Source of the DNA: a bacterium
GTDB taxonomy: Bacteria > UBA8248
NCBI GenBank assembly: GCA_965199855.1
Contig: OZ241326.1
Location: 128,001 to 192,000 of the forward strand
Direction: 5' to 3'
Length of the DNA: 64,000 nucleotides
Notes under the pieces: model-generated
What the model was told of the DNA's origin: nothing
Databases searched by the model: none
Seen by the model: the letters and a program-made list of their open reading frames with translations, nothing else
Translations under genes and position numbers: made by a program
Shown here: in pieces, positions 1 through 10,496 of the stretch
Numbering within the stretch: the first letter of the stretch is position 1
How the letters are laid out: each line of letters starts with the position of its first letter

Positions 1-241
1 GGCGCCGCCCCGAAGGCGGACGGAAAATCGAACCGGGCGCGCGCGCCCGAAAGCGAGATTAACACCCGAAGCGTCCCGCGTTCAAGAGAGGCGCGGGACG
101 CCGCGATTTCTCCCGCGGCCTTTGACTTTTCGGACGGGCGGACTATGCTTTCCGCGCGGCGAAACCGCCGACCGAACGGCCCGGCCTTCGGCGCGCGCCG
201 AAGGAGCGGCCGGGGCGAACGCTTCCCGGGGAGAGGCTTCC

Positions 242-595
242 ATGACGACGCGGACGAGAAAGGCGCGGCTCATCCGGCCGGAGGAGCGCGAATCGGAGGG
301 CATGGCGGGCGGGGCGAGCCACAGGGCCATCGTATCGAAGGCGGCCGACGGGGTGGACCTCACCGTCTATTATTCGCGCATCCAGCCGGGGCAGACGCAC
401 GACTGGCACCATCACGAGGAGGACGAGGTCATCTTCTGCGTGAGCGGAACGGGGAGATACGACCTGGAGGACGGCGAGATCAGCTACGGCGCCGGGGAGT
501 TCATCTTCATGCCCCGGGGGACGCGCCACTGCAACAACTGCGTGGGCGAGGAAGACGTGATGCTGGTGGCCATCTTCCAGCCGGGCCGCGCCTGA
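242..595 (+). CDS. Cupin-domain protein
   Basis: Cupin metal motifs HDWHHHEEDE and PRGTRH; ATG at 242 after GGAGAGG. Confidence 0.85.
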   Translation: MTTRTRKARLIRPEERESEGMAGGASHRAIVSKAADGVDLTVYYSRIQPGQTHDWHHHEEDEVIFCVSGTGRYDLEDGEISYGAGEFIFMPRGTRHCNNCVGEEDVMLVAIFQPGRA

Positions 596-613
596 GCGCG
601 CCGGGAGACGAAG

Positions 614-2047
614 ATGGACGCCATGCGCAGCGTCATCCGGCACTACGCGAGCCTCCGGTATGAGGATCTGCCGGCGGAGGCCGTCCAGGCGGCGAAGAGC
701 CTCGTTCTCGACGCGCTCGCCTGCGCCCTGGCCGGCTCCTCCGCCCCCCTGAACCCCGAAATCGTGGAGCGCCACGCCCGCTGGGGCGGCGCGCCCGAAG
801 CCTCCGTTCTCGCCTTCGGCCGCCGCCTGCCCGCGCCGACGGCGGCTTGGCTGAACGCCGCCATGATTCACGCGAACGACTTCGACGACACCGAGGACGC
901 GACCCAGAACCACGTGTTCGTGACGATTCTCCCCGCCTTCCTGGCGGCCGCCGAGAGCCGCGGGCGCGCCGTGACGGGGCGCGAGGCCATCGCGGCGCTG
1001 GCGGGGGCGGCGGACGCCGCCCTGAGGCTGAACGCCGTCGTCCACCGCAGCATCCACCCGGGCTGGCTGCCCACGACGGTGTTCGGCGCGATCTCCTCCG
1101 CCATGGCCGCCGCCCGCGCCCTGGGGCTGGACGAGGAGGGCGTCGCCGACGCGGCCGGGCTCGGCTACGCCCAGTCGCACGGAAACCGCCAGGCGCTGCT
1201 CGACGGCTCCCTCGCCAAGCGCCTTCAGCCCGCCTTCAGCGCGCGGGCGGGCGCGCACGCGGCGGCGCTCGCCGAGGCCGGCGTCACCGGCCCCAGGCGC
1301 ATCGTCGAAGGGGCGGACGGCCTCATCGCCCTCTACGGCGGCGGCGAGGGAGACCCGGACGCCCTCACGAGGGGCCTCGGCGAGGAGTGCCTCGTCTCCC
1401 GCGTCGGCGTGAAGCCCTACCCGAGCTGCCGGGCTTCGCATCCCCACATCAGCGCGGCGCTCGAGGCGCGCGGGCGGCTCGGCCGCTTCGGGGCGGAGGA
1501 CGTGGAAAGCGCGGAGGTCTGGGCCACGCCCGTCGGCCATTCGATGATAGGCCAGCCCTTCCGAATCAGACGAAACCCCCAGGTGGACGCGCAGTTCAGC
1601 GCGCAGTGGACGACCGCCCTCGCCCTGCTGCGGGGAACGCCGCGCCTGGAGCGCTTCGCGCCCGAGGCCGTCGTCTCGGACGAGGAGGTGGCCGGGCTCG
1701 CGCGGAGAATAAAGGTGTCCGTCTGGGAGGAGGGCAGCCTGCTGCTCGCGCCCGTGCGCCTCTCGGTCGCGCTGAAGGACGGACGGCGCGCCGACGTGAC
1801 GCACGCGAGAATCAAGGGCTCTCCCGAATGGCCCATGACGGAGGAGGAGCGGCGGGACAAATTCTCCTCCTGCGCCGGGGCGGCGGCGCGCCCGCTCGAC
1901 CCCGAAGCCCTCGAGCGCGCCTTCGGGGCGCTCTCCGCGCTCGAGGACTGCGGCGACCTCCGGCCGGTTCTCGCCGACCTCTCGGCAACGAAGCGTTCCG
2001 TCCCCGCGCGGAGCCTCGCGCCGGCCCCAGCCGCCCCCCGCCCATGA
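614..2047 (+). CDS. MmgE/PrpD family protein
   Basis: HANDFDDT, KPYPSCRASH, AQFS and KGSPEWPM motifs typical of MmgE/PrpD. Confidence 0.9.
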   Translation: MDAMRSVIRHYASLRYEDLPAEAVQAAKSLVLDALACALAGSSAPLNPEIVERHARWGGAPEASVLAFGRRLPAPTAAWLNAAMIHANDFDDTEDATQNHVFVTILPAFLAAAESRGRAVTGREAIAALAGAADAALRLNAVVHRSIHPGWLPTTVFGAISSAMAAARALGLDEEGVADAAGLGYAQSHGNRQALLDGSLAKRLQPAFSARAGAHAAALAEAGVTGPRRIVEGADGLIALYGGGEGDPDALTRGLGEECLVSRVGVKPYPSCRASHPHISAALEARGRLGRFGAEDVESAEVWATPVGHSMIGQPFRIRRNPQVDAQFSAQWTTALALLRGTPRLERFAPEAVVSDEEVAGLARRIKVSVWEEGSLLLAPVRLSVALKDGRRADVTHARIKGSPEWPMTEEERRDKFSSCAGAAARPLDPEALERAFGALSALEDCGDLRPVLADLSATKRSVPARSLAPAPAAPRP

Positions 2048-3627
2048 GCCGCGAGAGCCCGCCGGCCATCGACCCGGGCGGGGACGTCGCCTGGGCGGCG
2101 GCCAGATACGCACGGCGCGAGGCGGTGGTGGACGGCGATCGCCGCCTGAGCTTCGCCGACGTATACGAGCGCGGCAAGCGGGGGGCGAACGCGCTCCTCG
2201 CGGGCGGCCTGGCGCCGGGGGATCGCGTCGCCAAGCTGATGCGCAACCGCGCGGAGCTCATCGAGCTGGGCTTCGCCGCCGCGATGGCCGGGGGCTGCTC
2301 CATGAACCTGCACGGACGAAACACGCTCGAAGATCACGTCCACATGCTGAACGACTCGGGCGCCGCCTTCCTCTTCCTGGACGAGAACCACAAGGAGCAC
2401 GCCGAGGCCCTCGGCCGCGAGTGCCCGGGGCTGCGCCGCATTTTCGCCGTGGGGTGGGAGGGCGGCGCCTGCCCCCCCTACGAGGAGTGGCTGAGGAAGG
2501 GCGCGGCCTCGGCGCCCAGGGTGGTCGTCGAGCCCGATTCCCTCTTCCATCTGCACTACACCTCGGGCACGACCGGCCGGGCCAAGGCGGTCGTCAACAC
2601 CCACCGGACGCACCGCGCGTGGCTGGCGAAATTCTTCCGAAACCTCGACTACCGGCTGGGCGCGGAGGACTCCATGCTCCACGCCGGCCCGATGACCCAC
2701 GCGTCGTTCAACTTCATCGAGACCACCTTCCTGCGCGGGGCGCGAAACCTCGTCATGCCCCGGTTCGAGCCCGATCTCTTCTTCGACCTGACGAAGCGCG
2801 AGCGGGCGACGACCACCCACGTCGTTCCCACAGTGGTGCGGAGGCTGCTCGAGAGCGAAAAATTCGCGGAGGCGGACCTCTCCAGCCTGCACACCATCAC
2901 CTACGGCACGGCGCCCATCTCGGAGGACCTCCTGCGGGAGGCCGTCGAGCGCATCGGCCCCGTATTCCGGCAGACCTACGGGCTGACGGAGGCGCGCCAG
3001 CCCATCGCCATTCTCGATTCCCGGGATCACGCCGCGGACGGAACGCCCGCGCAGCGCCGCCGCCTCGCCTCGTGCGGGCGGGTCGCCGCGGGCGTCGAAC
3101 TCGCGCTTCTCGACGACGCGGATCGGCCCGCCGCCCCGGGCGAGCCGGGGGAAATCTGCGTCCGGGGGGACTACGCCATGGCGCGCTACTGGAAGAACCC
3201 CGAAGCGACGGCGGAGACGATGCGGGGCGGCTGGGTCCGCACCGGGGACGTCGCCTTCGCCGACGAGGAGGGGTATCTCTACATCATGGATCGCAAGAAT
3301 GACCTGATCATCACGGGCGGGTTCAACGTGTATCCCTCGGAGGTGGAGCGCGTCCTCTGCCTCCACCCCGACGTCCGGGAGGCCGTGGTGATCGGCGCGC
3401 CCGACGAGCAGTGGGGCGAGGCCGTCCACGCGATGGTCGTCCCCCGCCCCGGGGCGTCTCCCGCCCCCGCGGACATCATCGCCTTCGCGCACGGGCGCAT
3501 CGCCGGCTACAAGAAGCCGAAGCGCGTCGAATTCCTGAGCGAAATTCCCAGGAACTCGCGGGGGAAGGCGCTCAGGCGCAAGATTCGGGAACAGCGCCGG
3601 GAGGACGGAGCGCCCGGCGCGAACTGA
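2044..3627 (+). CDS. AMP-dependent acyl-CoA synthetase
   Basis: YTSGTTG, TYGLTE, RTGD, DRKNDLIITGGFNVYP; ATGA overlap with upstream stop. Confidence 0.92.
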   Translation: MSRESPPAIDPGGDVAWAAARYARREAVVDGDRRLSFADVYERGKRGANALLAGGLAPGDRVAKLMRNRAELIELGFAAAMAGGCSMNLHGRNTLEDHVHMLNDSGAAFLFLDENHKEHAEALGRECPGLRRIFAVGWEGGACPPYEEWLRKGAASAPRVVVEPDSLFHLHYTSGTTGRAKAVVNTHRTHRAWLAKFFRNLDYRLGAEDSMLHAGPMTHASFNFIETTFLRGARNLVMPRFEPDLFFDLTKRERATTTHVVPTVVRRLLESEKFAEADLSSLHTITYGTAPISEDLLREAVERIGPVFRQTYGLTEARQPIAILDSRDHAADGTPAQRRRLASCGRVAAGVELALLDDADRPAAPGEPGEICVRGDYAMARYWKNPEATAETMRGGWVRTGDVAFADEEGYLYIMDRKNDLIITGGFNVYPSEVERVLCLHPDVREAVVIGAPDEQWGEAVHAMVVPRPGASPAPADIIAFAHGRIAGYKKPKRVEFLSEIPRNSRGKALRRKIREQRREDGAPGAN

Positions 3628-3696
3628 CGGAGCGGGGCCGCATCCTTCCCGATCGCCCCGGGCGATCGTCCACCACCTCCACGCGGGAGAGGAGAC

Positions 3697-4478
3697 ATGG
3701 ACCTCACGCGGGAGTTCGGACTGGAGACCGTGAAATACCGGAAGGAGAACCGCATCGCCTACGTCACCCTGAACCGGCCCGACAAGCCGAACCCGCTCAG
3801 CTACGCCACGGTGAGCGAGCTGCTCAAATGCTGGGAGGACGTGCACGGCGACCCGGAGGCGTGGGCGGCGATCCTCGCGGGCGAGGGGAAGTCCTTCTGC
3901 TCCGGGTGGGATCAGAACCTCGAAGAGGACGAGCTCAAAAAGGCGCCGTCCGCCCCTAGGGCATCCTCTAGTGCGACCTGGACTGGGTGAGGAAGCCCGT
4001 CATCTGCGCGGCGCAGGGCTACGCCACCGGCGGCGGCATGAGCCTCTTTCTCGGCGCGGACGTCCGCGTGGTCTCCGAGAACGCCAAGATCGGATACTCC
4101 CAGCCGAAAATCGGCATCAGCAGCATCGGGAGCGCCATGCGCCTCCCCGCGGCCATTCCCGGACTCGCCAGATGGTATATGCTGTCGGGCGAGCTGATGG
4201 ACGCGCGGGAGGTCTATCGTCTGGGCCTCGGGGTGAAAATCGCCAGGAACGGGGAGCTCCTCGACGCGGCGACCGCCACGGCGAACCAGATCATCGAATG
4301 CTCGCCGATGTCGGCGCAGCACACCAAGGAGGAGCTCGCCGTCGCCGCCAACGTGTCCATGTACGAGGGCTACAGGCTCTGCCGGCCCATTATGAACCGC
4401 TTCTACCAGACGGAAGACTGCCGGGAGGGCAAGACCGCCTTCATGGAGAAGCGAAAGCCCGAGTGGAAGAACTGCTGA
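3697..4478 (+). pseudogene. Enoyl-CoA hydratase/isomerase, disrupted (frameshift near 3940 plus TAGs at 3957 and 3969)
   Basis: N-terminal half (TLNRPDKPN, FCSGWD) and C-terminal half (KPVICAAQGYATGGG) lie in different frames; could be sequencing error. Confidence 0.75.
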
Positions 4479-4541
4479 GCCGCGCCCCGCGGCGGGCGGG
4501 AGAGGGCGCGCGCCTCTCCTTCCGGGGCCGGGGGAGGGCGC

Positions 4542-5783
4542 ATGGAGGATAGGCCGCGCCCGCCGTCCTCGCGCCGGGGAGGGCGCGCGGGCTCCGGGGC
4601 GAGCGAGGCCGGGGGCGGCGTCATCCGGCGGGGGGCGCCCGTCATCCTCGCCTGCTTTCTCGCCATATTCATCGCCTACACCTCGGCCTTCATCCTGGGG
4701 CCGATGCTGGACGCCATGGGCCGCGAGATGGGCCTCTCCATCACGGCCATGGGGCAGCTGACGGCCATCACCTTCATCCCCTGGGGGCTGACCGCGCCCC
4801 TGCTGGGCCCCCTCTCGGATCGCTGGGGGCGAAAGCCCGTCGTTCTCGTCGGGCTGCTGGGCATCTCCCTCTCGAACGCCGCCCTCTCGTTCGCGGACGG
4901 CTACGCGGCGGTGGCCGTCTGCCGCTTCGCCACCGGACTGGGCGGGGCGCTGGTTCCGCCCACGGCGGTCGCCGCCATCGGGGACAATTTCTCGGGCCGC
5001 CACCGCGGGCTGGCGCTCGGCCTCGCCACCTCGGGCGTGGCCGTGGGGCTGCTCGTCGGGTTGCCGGGCGTCGCCTTTCTCACGGACTGGCTCGGCTGGC
5101 GCGGCGCGCTCAGAATCGCCGGCGCCCTGGGCCTGCTCGTCTGCCTCTGCGCGGGCCGCGCCCTGCCCGCCCGGAGGCGCGGCGAGCCCCCGGTCTCCTG
5201 GCTCGCGAGCTTCGGGTGGACGCGCCGGCGGGTCGCCTGGCTGCTGATGAGCGGCAACGTCATCGAGCGGGTCATGACCGCCGTCTTTCTCACCTACGTG
5301 TCCGTCTTCCTGCTGCGCCGCTTCGGCCTCTCGCTCTCCTCCGTGGGGAGCCTGATTACGGCGATGTCCGTGGGGGCGCTCATCGGGGGTCTTCTGGGGG
5401 GCGCGCTCGCGGGCCTGAAGGCGCGCTTTCTCGTCATCACCGCCCTGACCGCGGCGCAGGGGGCGCTCCTGACGGCTCACTTCTCCTGGGCGCCCCTCCT
5501 CGCCGCCGCCGTCGCGGCGGGCTTCCTCTTCTCGCTCCTGAGCCAGCTGAGCCGCGCGGCCGTGATGGACCGCCTCATCTCGCTCGCCCCGCAGTCGCGC
5601 GGCGCCGTCATCGGCACCTACGCGGCGAGCAACCAGGTCGGCCTGTTTCTGGGCGCCGCCCTGGGCGGGTTCGCCATACGCTGGGGCGGCTTCGAGGCGC
5701 TCGGCTGGCTCGCCCTCGCCGCGGCGGCCGCGGGCGGGGCGTTCTACGGCTCGGGGGCGTGGCTGATTCGGAGGGAGGGCTAG
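4542..5783 (+). CDS. MFS transporter
   Basis: Motif A GPLSDRWGRKP; about 12 hydrophobic segments. Confidence 0.9.
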   Translation: MEDRPRPPSSRRGGRAGSGASEAGGGVIRRGAPVILACFLAIFIAYTSAFILGPMLDAMGREMGLSITAMGQLTAITFIPWGLTAPLLGPLSDRWGRKPVVLVGLLGISLSNAALSFADGYAAVAVCRFATGLGGALVPPTAVAAIGDNFSGRHRGLALGLATSGVAVGLLVGLPGVAFLTDWLGWRGALRIAGALGLLVCLCAGRALPARRRGEPPVSWLASFGWTRRRVAWLLMSGNVIERVMTAVFLTYVSVFLLRRFGLSLSSVGSLITAMSVGALIGGLLGGALAGLKARFLVITALTAAQGALLTAHFSWAPLLAAAVAAGFLFSLLSQLSRAAVMDRLISLAPQSRGAVIGTYAASNQVGLFLGAALGGFAIRWGGFEALGWLALAAAAAGGAFYGSGAWLIRREG

Positions 5784-5798
5784 CCCCGCTCCGGGAGG

Positions 5799-7460
5799 CT
5801 ATTTCTTCACCGCGTCCTTGCGGCGGGGCTCGGGGAAGACGTCCGGATCGATCAGCACGTCCACGACGGCGGGGCCTTCCTCCTTCAGCGCCTGGGCGTA
5901 GGCGTCCTCCAGGTCCGCGGGATCCTCCACCCGATAGCCCGCCGCGCCGAACACGCGGGCGTATTCGTCGAAGCGCGGGTTGCCGATGGCGTCCGCGATG
6001 TAGCGCCCCTCGTAGAAGTGCTTCTGGTAGGCGCGCTCGGAGCCCAGGTTGAAGTTGTTGAGGACGACGCAGACGGTGGGCAGGTTCTCGCGCGCCGCGG
6101 TTTCGAGCTCCGCCCCGTTGCACAAGAACGCGCCGTCTCCGCTGATGGTGACGACCTTCTGGCGCGGGCGCGCCAGCTTGGCGCCCAGCCCCAGGGGGTA
6201 GCCCACCCCGATGGCCGCCAGATCCTGCGGCGCGACCAGATTCCGCGCCCTGTCGAATCGCTGATACTCGTAGATGTAGCCGGCGGCGCTTCCCGCGTCG
6301 TTCGTGAGGATGGCGTTTTCGGGCAGAACCCGCGCGAGCGCCATGTGCGCGCGCCGGGGGTCGATGGGCTTTCCGCCGTATTCGAGGGCGTGCTCGCGGT
6401 GCCTCTCACGCGCCGCGCGAACCGCCTCCGCCGCCTCGCGCCACGCGGGACGCCGCGCGCCCTCGTCCAGCGCGCCAAGCACGGCGCGGAGGGCGGGGCC
6501 CGCCTCCGCGTTCATCCCCACCTCCGCCGCGAAGTTTCGCCCGATGCTCCTGGGGTCGACGGCCGCGTGGATGAGCTTGGCGCCCTTGAAGAAATCCGGC
6601 CGCAGGAACGTGGTGGAATGCGCGAGCCTCGTGCCGACGGCGAAGACGACGTCCGCCCTCTCGAAGAGCGCCCGCGCCTCGGGAATCGTCCCCCGGCCGA
6701 TCGACCCCAGAAACAGAGGGTGCCGGTTCGGGACCAGGTCGTCCCTTCCGGTGGAGGCCATGACGGGCGCGTCGAGCGCCTCCGCCAGGGCGAGCAAATC
6801 CCCGCTCGCCTCGTCCCAGAGCACGCCGCCGCCGCCCAGGAGCAGGGGCCGCTCGGCGGCCTTCAGAAGCGCCGCCGCCCGCGCCGCCGCCTCGGGGTCC
6901 GGCGCGAGCCGCGTCCGCCGCAGGGGGGCGAGGCCGTCCTCCGGATAGTCCGCCCTTTCGTTCAGCACGTCGCGCGGCAGATCGACGTGCACGGGGCCCG
7001 GCACCCCGGAGAGCGCCACGTGGCACGCCTCCCGAATCGCCTCGGCGGCGCGCTCGGGCTTTCGAGCCTGCATCGACCACTTCACCATCGGGCGGAACAT
7101 GGCGACCTGATCGAGCTCCTGGGTGGAATCCCGAAAGGCGTCCTTCATCATGGGCGCGCCGGTGATGACCAGCACCGGGCTCTGCGCCATCATGGCGTGC
7201 GCCACGCCGGTGACGAGGTTCGTCGCGCCGGGGCCGTTCGTCGCCATGCAGACGCCCACCTTCCCGCTGAGGCGCGCGAAGGCGTCCGCCATGACGGCGG
7301 CGCTCTGCTCGTGGCGCACCGTGAGGAAGGAGATGTCGTCTCGGCCATACATGCCGTCGAGTATCTCGATCATGCACGAGCCCGCCATGCCGATGACGCG
7401 CCCAACCCCCAGCTTCGCCAGCGCGTCCGCCACCGCGTGCCCGGCCGTCATGGTCGCCAT
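5799..7460 (-). CDS. Thiamine-diphosphate-dependent enzyme (sulfoacetaldehyde acetyltransferase/acetolactate synthase-like)
   Basis: VRHEQ, NGPGATN, GDG...NN ThDP motif; start MATMTAG at 7460. Confidence 0.9.
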   Translation of the reverse strand: MATMTAGHAVADALAKLGVGRVIGMAGSCMIEILDGMYGRDDISFLTVRHEQSAAVMADAFARLSGKVGVCMATNGPGATNLVTGVAHAMMAQSPVLVITGAPMMKDAFRDSTQELDQVAMFRPMVKWSMQARKPERAAEAIREACHVALSGVPGPVHVDLPRDVLNERADYPEDGLAPLRRTRLAPDPEAAARAAALLKAAERPLLLGGGGVLWDEASGDLLALAEALDAPVMASTGRDDLVPNRHPLFLGSIGRGTIPEARALFERADVVFAVGTRLAHSTTFLRPDFFKGAKLIHAAVDPRSIGRNFAAEVGMNAEAGPALRAVLGALDEGARRPAWREAAEAVRAARERHREHALEYGGKPIDPRRAHMALARVLPENAILTNDAGSAAGYIYEYQRFDRARNLVAPQDLAAIGVGYPLGLGAKLARPRQKVVTISGDGAFLCNGAELETAARENLPTVCVVLNNFNLGSERAYQKHFYEGRYIADAIGNPRFDEYARVFGAAGYRVEDPADLEDAYAQALKEEGPAVVDVLIDPDVFPEPRRKDAVKK

Positions 7461-7561
7461 CTCTCGTCTCTCCCCGCAAAGCAACGAGGCGGACGCGCGC
7501 TCCCGCGCCCGTCTCCTCCCGGAACGCCCCCGAAGCGCCCAGACGCGATCGCCCCGCGCCG

Positions 7562-8281
7562 CTAGCCCACGTCTCCCTTGGCGTGAATCGCGTTGGCTAT
7601 CGCGTTGACCGCGTGATCCGCGCTCGCCTCCGGCCTTGCGGTCTCGGCGAAGCGGTAGAAACTCTTGGTCGCCCGCAGGCAGTCTCCGCCCAGGGCGGCG
7701 AGCTCCCGGCACAGGCGCGCCGCCTCCGAATCGAGGTCGGCGTCCGGGACCACGCGGTTCACCATGCCGACGCGCCTGCCCTCCTCCGCGTCGATCTCGC
7801 GGCCGGTGATGACCATCTCGAAGCCGCGCCGCCGCTCCAGCCTTCTCGCCAGATGGCTGATGACCACCGTGGGCGGGAACCCCTCCCGGATTTCGGGAAA
7901 GGCGATGCGCGCGGAATCGGAGGCCAGCGCCAGGTCCGCGCGGCTGACGAGCCCGGCGCCCGGCCCGAAGGCGCGCCCCCTGAGCGCGACCACCGTCACG
8001 GCGGGCGAGAACTCCAGGGCGTCGTTCATGCGGACGATTTCGCGGAAGCGCTCGCGTATCACGTTCACCGGCGGCAGGCCGCCGCCGCGAACGCTCTCGC
8101 GTCCGGCGCAGAAATCCTCCCCCTCCCCGGCGAGCAGAATCACGTCGCACTCCTCGCCCGCCCGCAGGAGCGCCCCCGCGAGCTCCTCCATCATCCCGAA
8201 GGTGAGCCGGTTCGCCTCCTCCGCGCGCGCGAGCGTGACGCGGCCGAGCGCGCCTTCCTTCTCATACCGGACGTGGGCCAT
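7562..8281 (-). CDS. Enoyl-CoA hydratase/isomerase family protein
   Basis: FCAG, FPEIREG, TGREIDAEE crotonase motifs. Confidence 0.88.
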   Translation of the reverse strand: MAHVRYEKEGALGRVTLARAEEANRLTFGMMEELAGALLRAGEECDVILLAGEGEDFCAGRESVRGGGLPPVNVIRERFREIVRMNDALEFSPAVTVVALRGRAFGPGAGLVSRADLALASDSARIAFPEIREGFPPTVVISHLARRLERRRGFEMVITGREIDAEEGRRVGMVNRVVPDADLDSEAARLCRELAALGGDCLRATKSFYRFAETARPEASADHAVNAIANAIHAKGDVG

Positions 8282-8404
8282 CTTCATTCCCCTGAAAACG
8301 AAAGCCGGACGCTTCCCGAAAGCGCGGGCGCCGATCAAAACGGATGGATTCGCTCCGACGCTCCCGGATTATGGCAAAACCTCCCGCGAAGGAAAACCCG
8401 AAAA

Positions 8405-8480
8405 GAGAGCTTGCAAAATCATTCGCAGTTTGTTTGTATTAAGAATGTATTATTTTCGTGAAGATTCCGTTTTCGGGAGG
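8405..8480 (+). promoter_or_regulatory. AT-rich lexA promoter/operator region
   Basis: TTGCAA at 8411 and an AT-rich tract in GC-rich DNA, between divergent genes. Confidence 0.5.
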
Positions 8481-8626
8481 CTTGCGGCGTGCCCGTCCTC
8501 ACCCCGCATCGAAGCGAGGCCGCGAGCGGCGAAGCACGAAGCGCCGCCCGGCCGCGAACGCCCGCGCCGCGCATTCCCGACGACGCTTCCGCCTCCGCCC
8601 CATTGGTCTGAAAAGGGGGTTTCTTC

Positions 8627-9244
8627 ATGTTTCTCACGCGCAGGCAGCGGGAAATCTACGAGTTCATCAAGGAGTTCATCGACGCGAACGGCTACGCGCC
8701 CTCCATCGTGGAGATCGGGGAGCGCTTCCAGCTCACCTCGCCCGCCACGGTGCACAAGCACCTCCTGAACCTCGAGCAGAAGGGCCTCATCAAGAGAAGC
8801 TGGAACCGGAGCCGGGCGATAGAGCTCGTCCCCGGTTCGGACTCCATCGGCCCGGCCGCCGCCGGAGCCCCGGCGGAGCTTCCCCTCCGCGGCATGATCG
8901 CGGCGGGGATGCCGCTCGAGGCGATAGAGGACACGGAGACCATCCCGCTGCCCTGGTCCTCGGGAGACGGCAACCTCTACGTCCTGCGGGTGAAGGGCGA
9001 CTCGATGATCGAGGATCACATCCAGGACGGGGACTACGTCATCGTCGAGGGCCGCGAGAGCGCCGAGAACGGCGAGACCGTGGTCGCCCTCGTCGAGGGC
9101 GAGTCCGCCACCCTCAAGCGCTTCTACCGGGAAGGGGCGCAGGTTCGCCTCCAGCCCGCCAACGCGGCGATGGCGCCCATCATGGCGCGCGAGGAGGACC
9201 TGCGGATTCAGGGCGTCGTCGTGGGCGTGCTCCGCAAGTATTGA
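8627..9244 (+). CDS. lexA: SOS repressor LexA
   Basis: LTRRQREIYEFI winged HTH, IAAG cleavage site, GDSM catalytic Ser, TLKR catalytic Lys. Confidence 0.96.
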   Translation: MFLTRRQREIYEFIKEFIDANGYAPSIVEIGERFQLTSPATVHKHLLNLEQKGLIKRSWNRSRAIELVPGSDSIGPAAAGAPAELPLRGMIAAGMPLEAIEDTETIPLPWSSGDGNLYVLRVKGDSMIEDHIQDGDYVIVEGRESAENGETVVALVEGESATLKRFYREGAQVRLQPANAAMAPIMAREEDLRIQGVVVGVLRKY

Positions 9245-9273
9245 CGCGGACGGCGCGCCGGGGAGGAGCCCGC

Positions 9274-10494
9274 ATGAAGCCGCGCACGGACGAGGAGGCG
9301 GGCGGGCCGCGCGCGGAGCGGCTCATCGCCCACGTGGACATGGACGCCTTCTTCGTGTCCGTGGAGCGCATGGACGACCCCGCGCTCGAGGACAGGCCGG
9401 TGGTCGTGGGCGGAAGCCTGGGGCCGCGCGGGGTGGTGTCGGCGGCCTCCTACGAGGCGCGGGCGTTCGGCGTCCACTCGGCCATGCCCATGGCGCGGGC
9501 GCGGGCGCTCTGCCCGCAGGCGGCATACATCCAGGCGAACCACCGCAAATACGCCGCCGCCTCGAGGCGGGTGATGGAGACGCTCGGAAGCTTCACGCCC
9601 GCCGTCCAGGCCGTCTCCGTAGATGAGGCGTATCTGGACCTGAGCGGAACCGGGCGCCTGCACGGCCCCCCGCTCCGGACGGCCGCCCGCATCCGGGAGG
9701 CGGTCTGGCGCGAGACCCGCTGCTCGGCGTCCATCGGGGTGGCGTCGAGCCGCCTGGTGTCGAAAATCGCCTCCGCCCTCTCGAAGCCCGCGGGCGTCCT
9801 GCGCGTCCTGCCGGGCCGGGAGGAGGCTTTTCTGCGTCCTTTGGCCGTGAGCCGGATTCCCGGCGCGGGCAGGGTGACGACAGAGAAGATGAAGCGTCTG
9901 GGAATCCGCACCATCGGCGATCTCGCCCGCCAGTCCCTGCCCTTTCTGGAGGATAGGTTCGGGAGCGCGGGGGGCGAGCTCCACCGCAAGGCGCGGGGGC
10001 TGGACGATTCCGAGATCGCCCCGGAGAGCCGGCCCAAGAGCATCGGCAGGGAAACCACCTTCGCCGAGGACATCTCCGACCCCGCCGCGCTGGAGGCCGT
10101 CCTTTCGGGCCTGGCCGAGGAGGCGTGCGGGCGCGCGCGCCGCCTGGGGCTTCGCGCGAGGCAGGTGGTCCTCAAAATCCGCTTTCCCGACTTCGCCACC
10201 CTCACGCGCTCGCTCACGCTCGAGAAGCCCACGCATCTCGACGGAGAAGTCATCGAACCCGCGCTCGGGCTCCTGCGGAGGGCGCGCCGCAAGGAGGCCA
10301 GAGGCCGGAAAATCCGCCTGCTGGGCGTCTATCTCTCCGGCCTCGACGCGGCCGCTCCCCAGCCGCTCCTGATCGAGGACGAGGAGCGGCGCAGGGAGGA
10401 GCGCCTCGTGGAAAGCCTGGATCGGATCAGGGAGCGCTTCGGCAGGGAAGCCGTCCTCGCGCGGAAGGACGTGGAGCGCATCCGCGGCGGCTGA
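9274..10494 (+). CDS. dinB: DNA polymerase IV
   Basis: HVDMDAFFVSVE, SYEARAFGV, SVDEAYLD; GGAGG before ATG 9274. Confidence 0.95.
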   Translation: MKPRTDEEAGGPRAERLIAHVDMDAFFVSVERMDDPALEDRPVVVGGSLGPRGVVSAASYEARAFGVHSAMPMARARALCPQAAYIQANHRKYAAASRRVMETLGSFTPAVQAVSVDEAYLDLSGTGRLHGPPLRTAARIREAVWRETRCSASIGVASSRLVSKIASALSKPAGVLRVLPGREEAFLRPLAVSRIPGAGRVTTEKMKRLGIRTIGDLARQSLPFLEDRFGSAGGELHRKARGLDDSEIAPESRPKSIGRETTFAEDISDPAALEAVLSGLAEEACGRARRLGLRARQVVLKIRFPDFATLTRSLTLEKPTHLDGEVIEPALGLLRRARRKEARGRKIRLLGVYLSGLDAAAPQPLLIEDEERRREERLVESLDRIRERFGREAVLARKDVERIRGG

Positions 10495-10496
10495 GG

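Noticed and set aside
3957-3971. Amber recoding (pyrrolysine or an alternative code) for the two in-frame TAGs
   Set aside because: TAG is a normal stop for many genes here (e.g. 5783, 25032, 40048), and a frameshift is also needed to restore the gene
5799-8150. Single 783-aa ThDP ORF, and similarly the extended ORFs 847..3627, 8458..10494 and 11557..15693
   Set aside because: The N-terminal extensions overlap genuine upstream genes; true starts are internal
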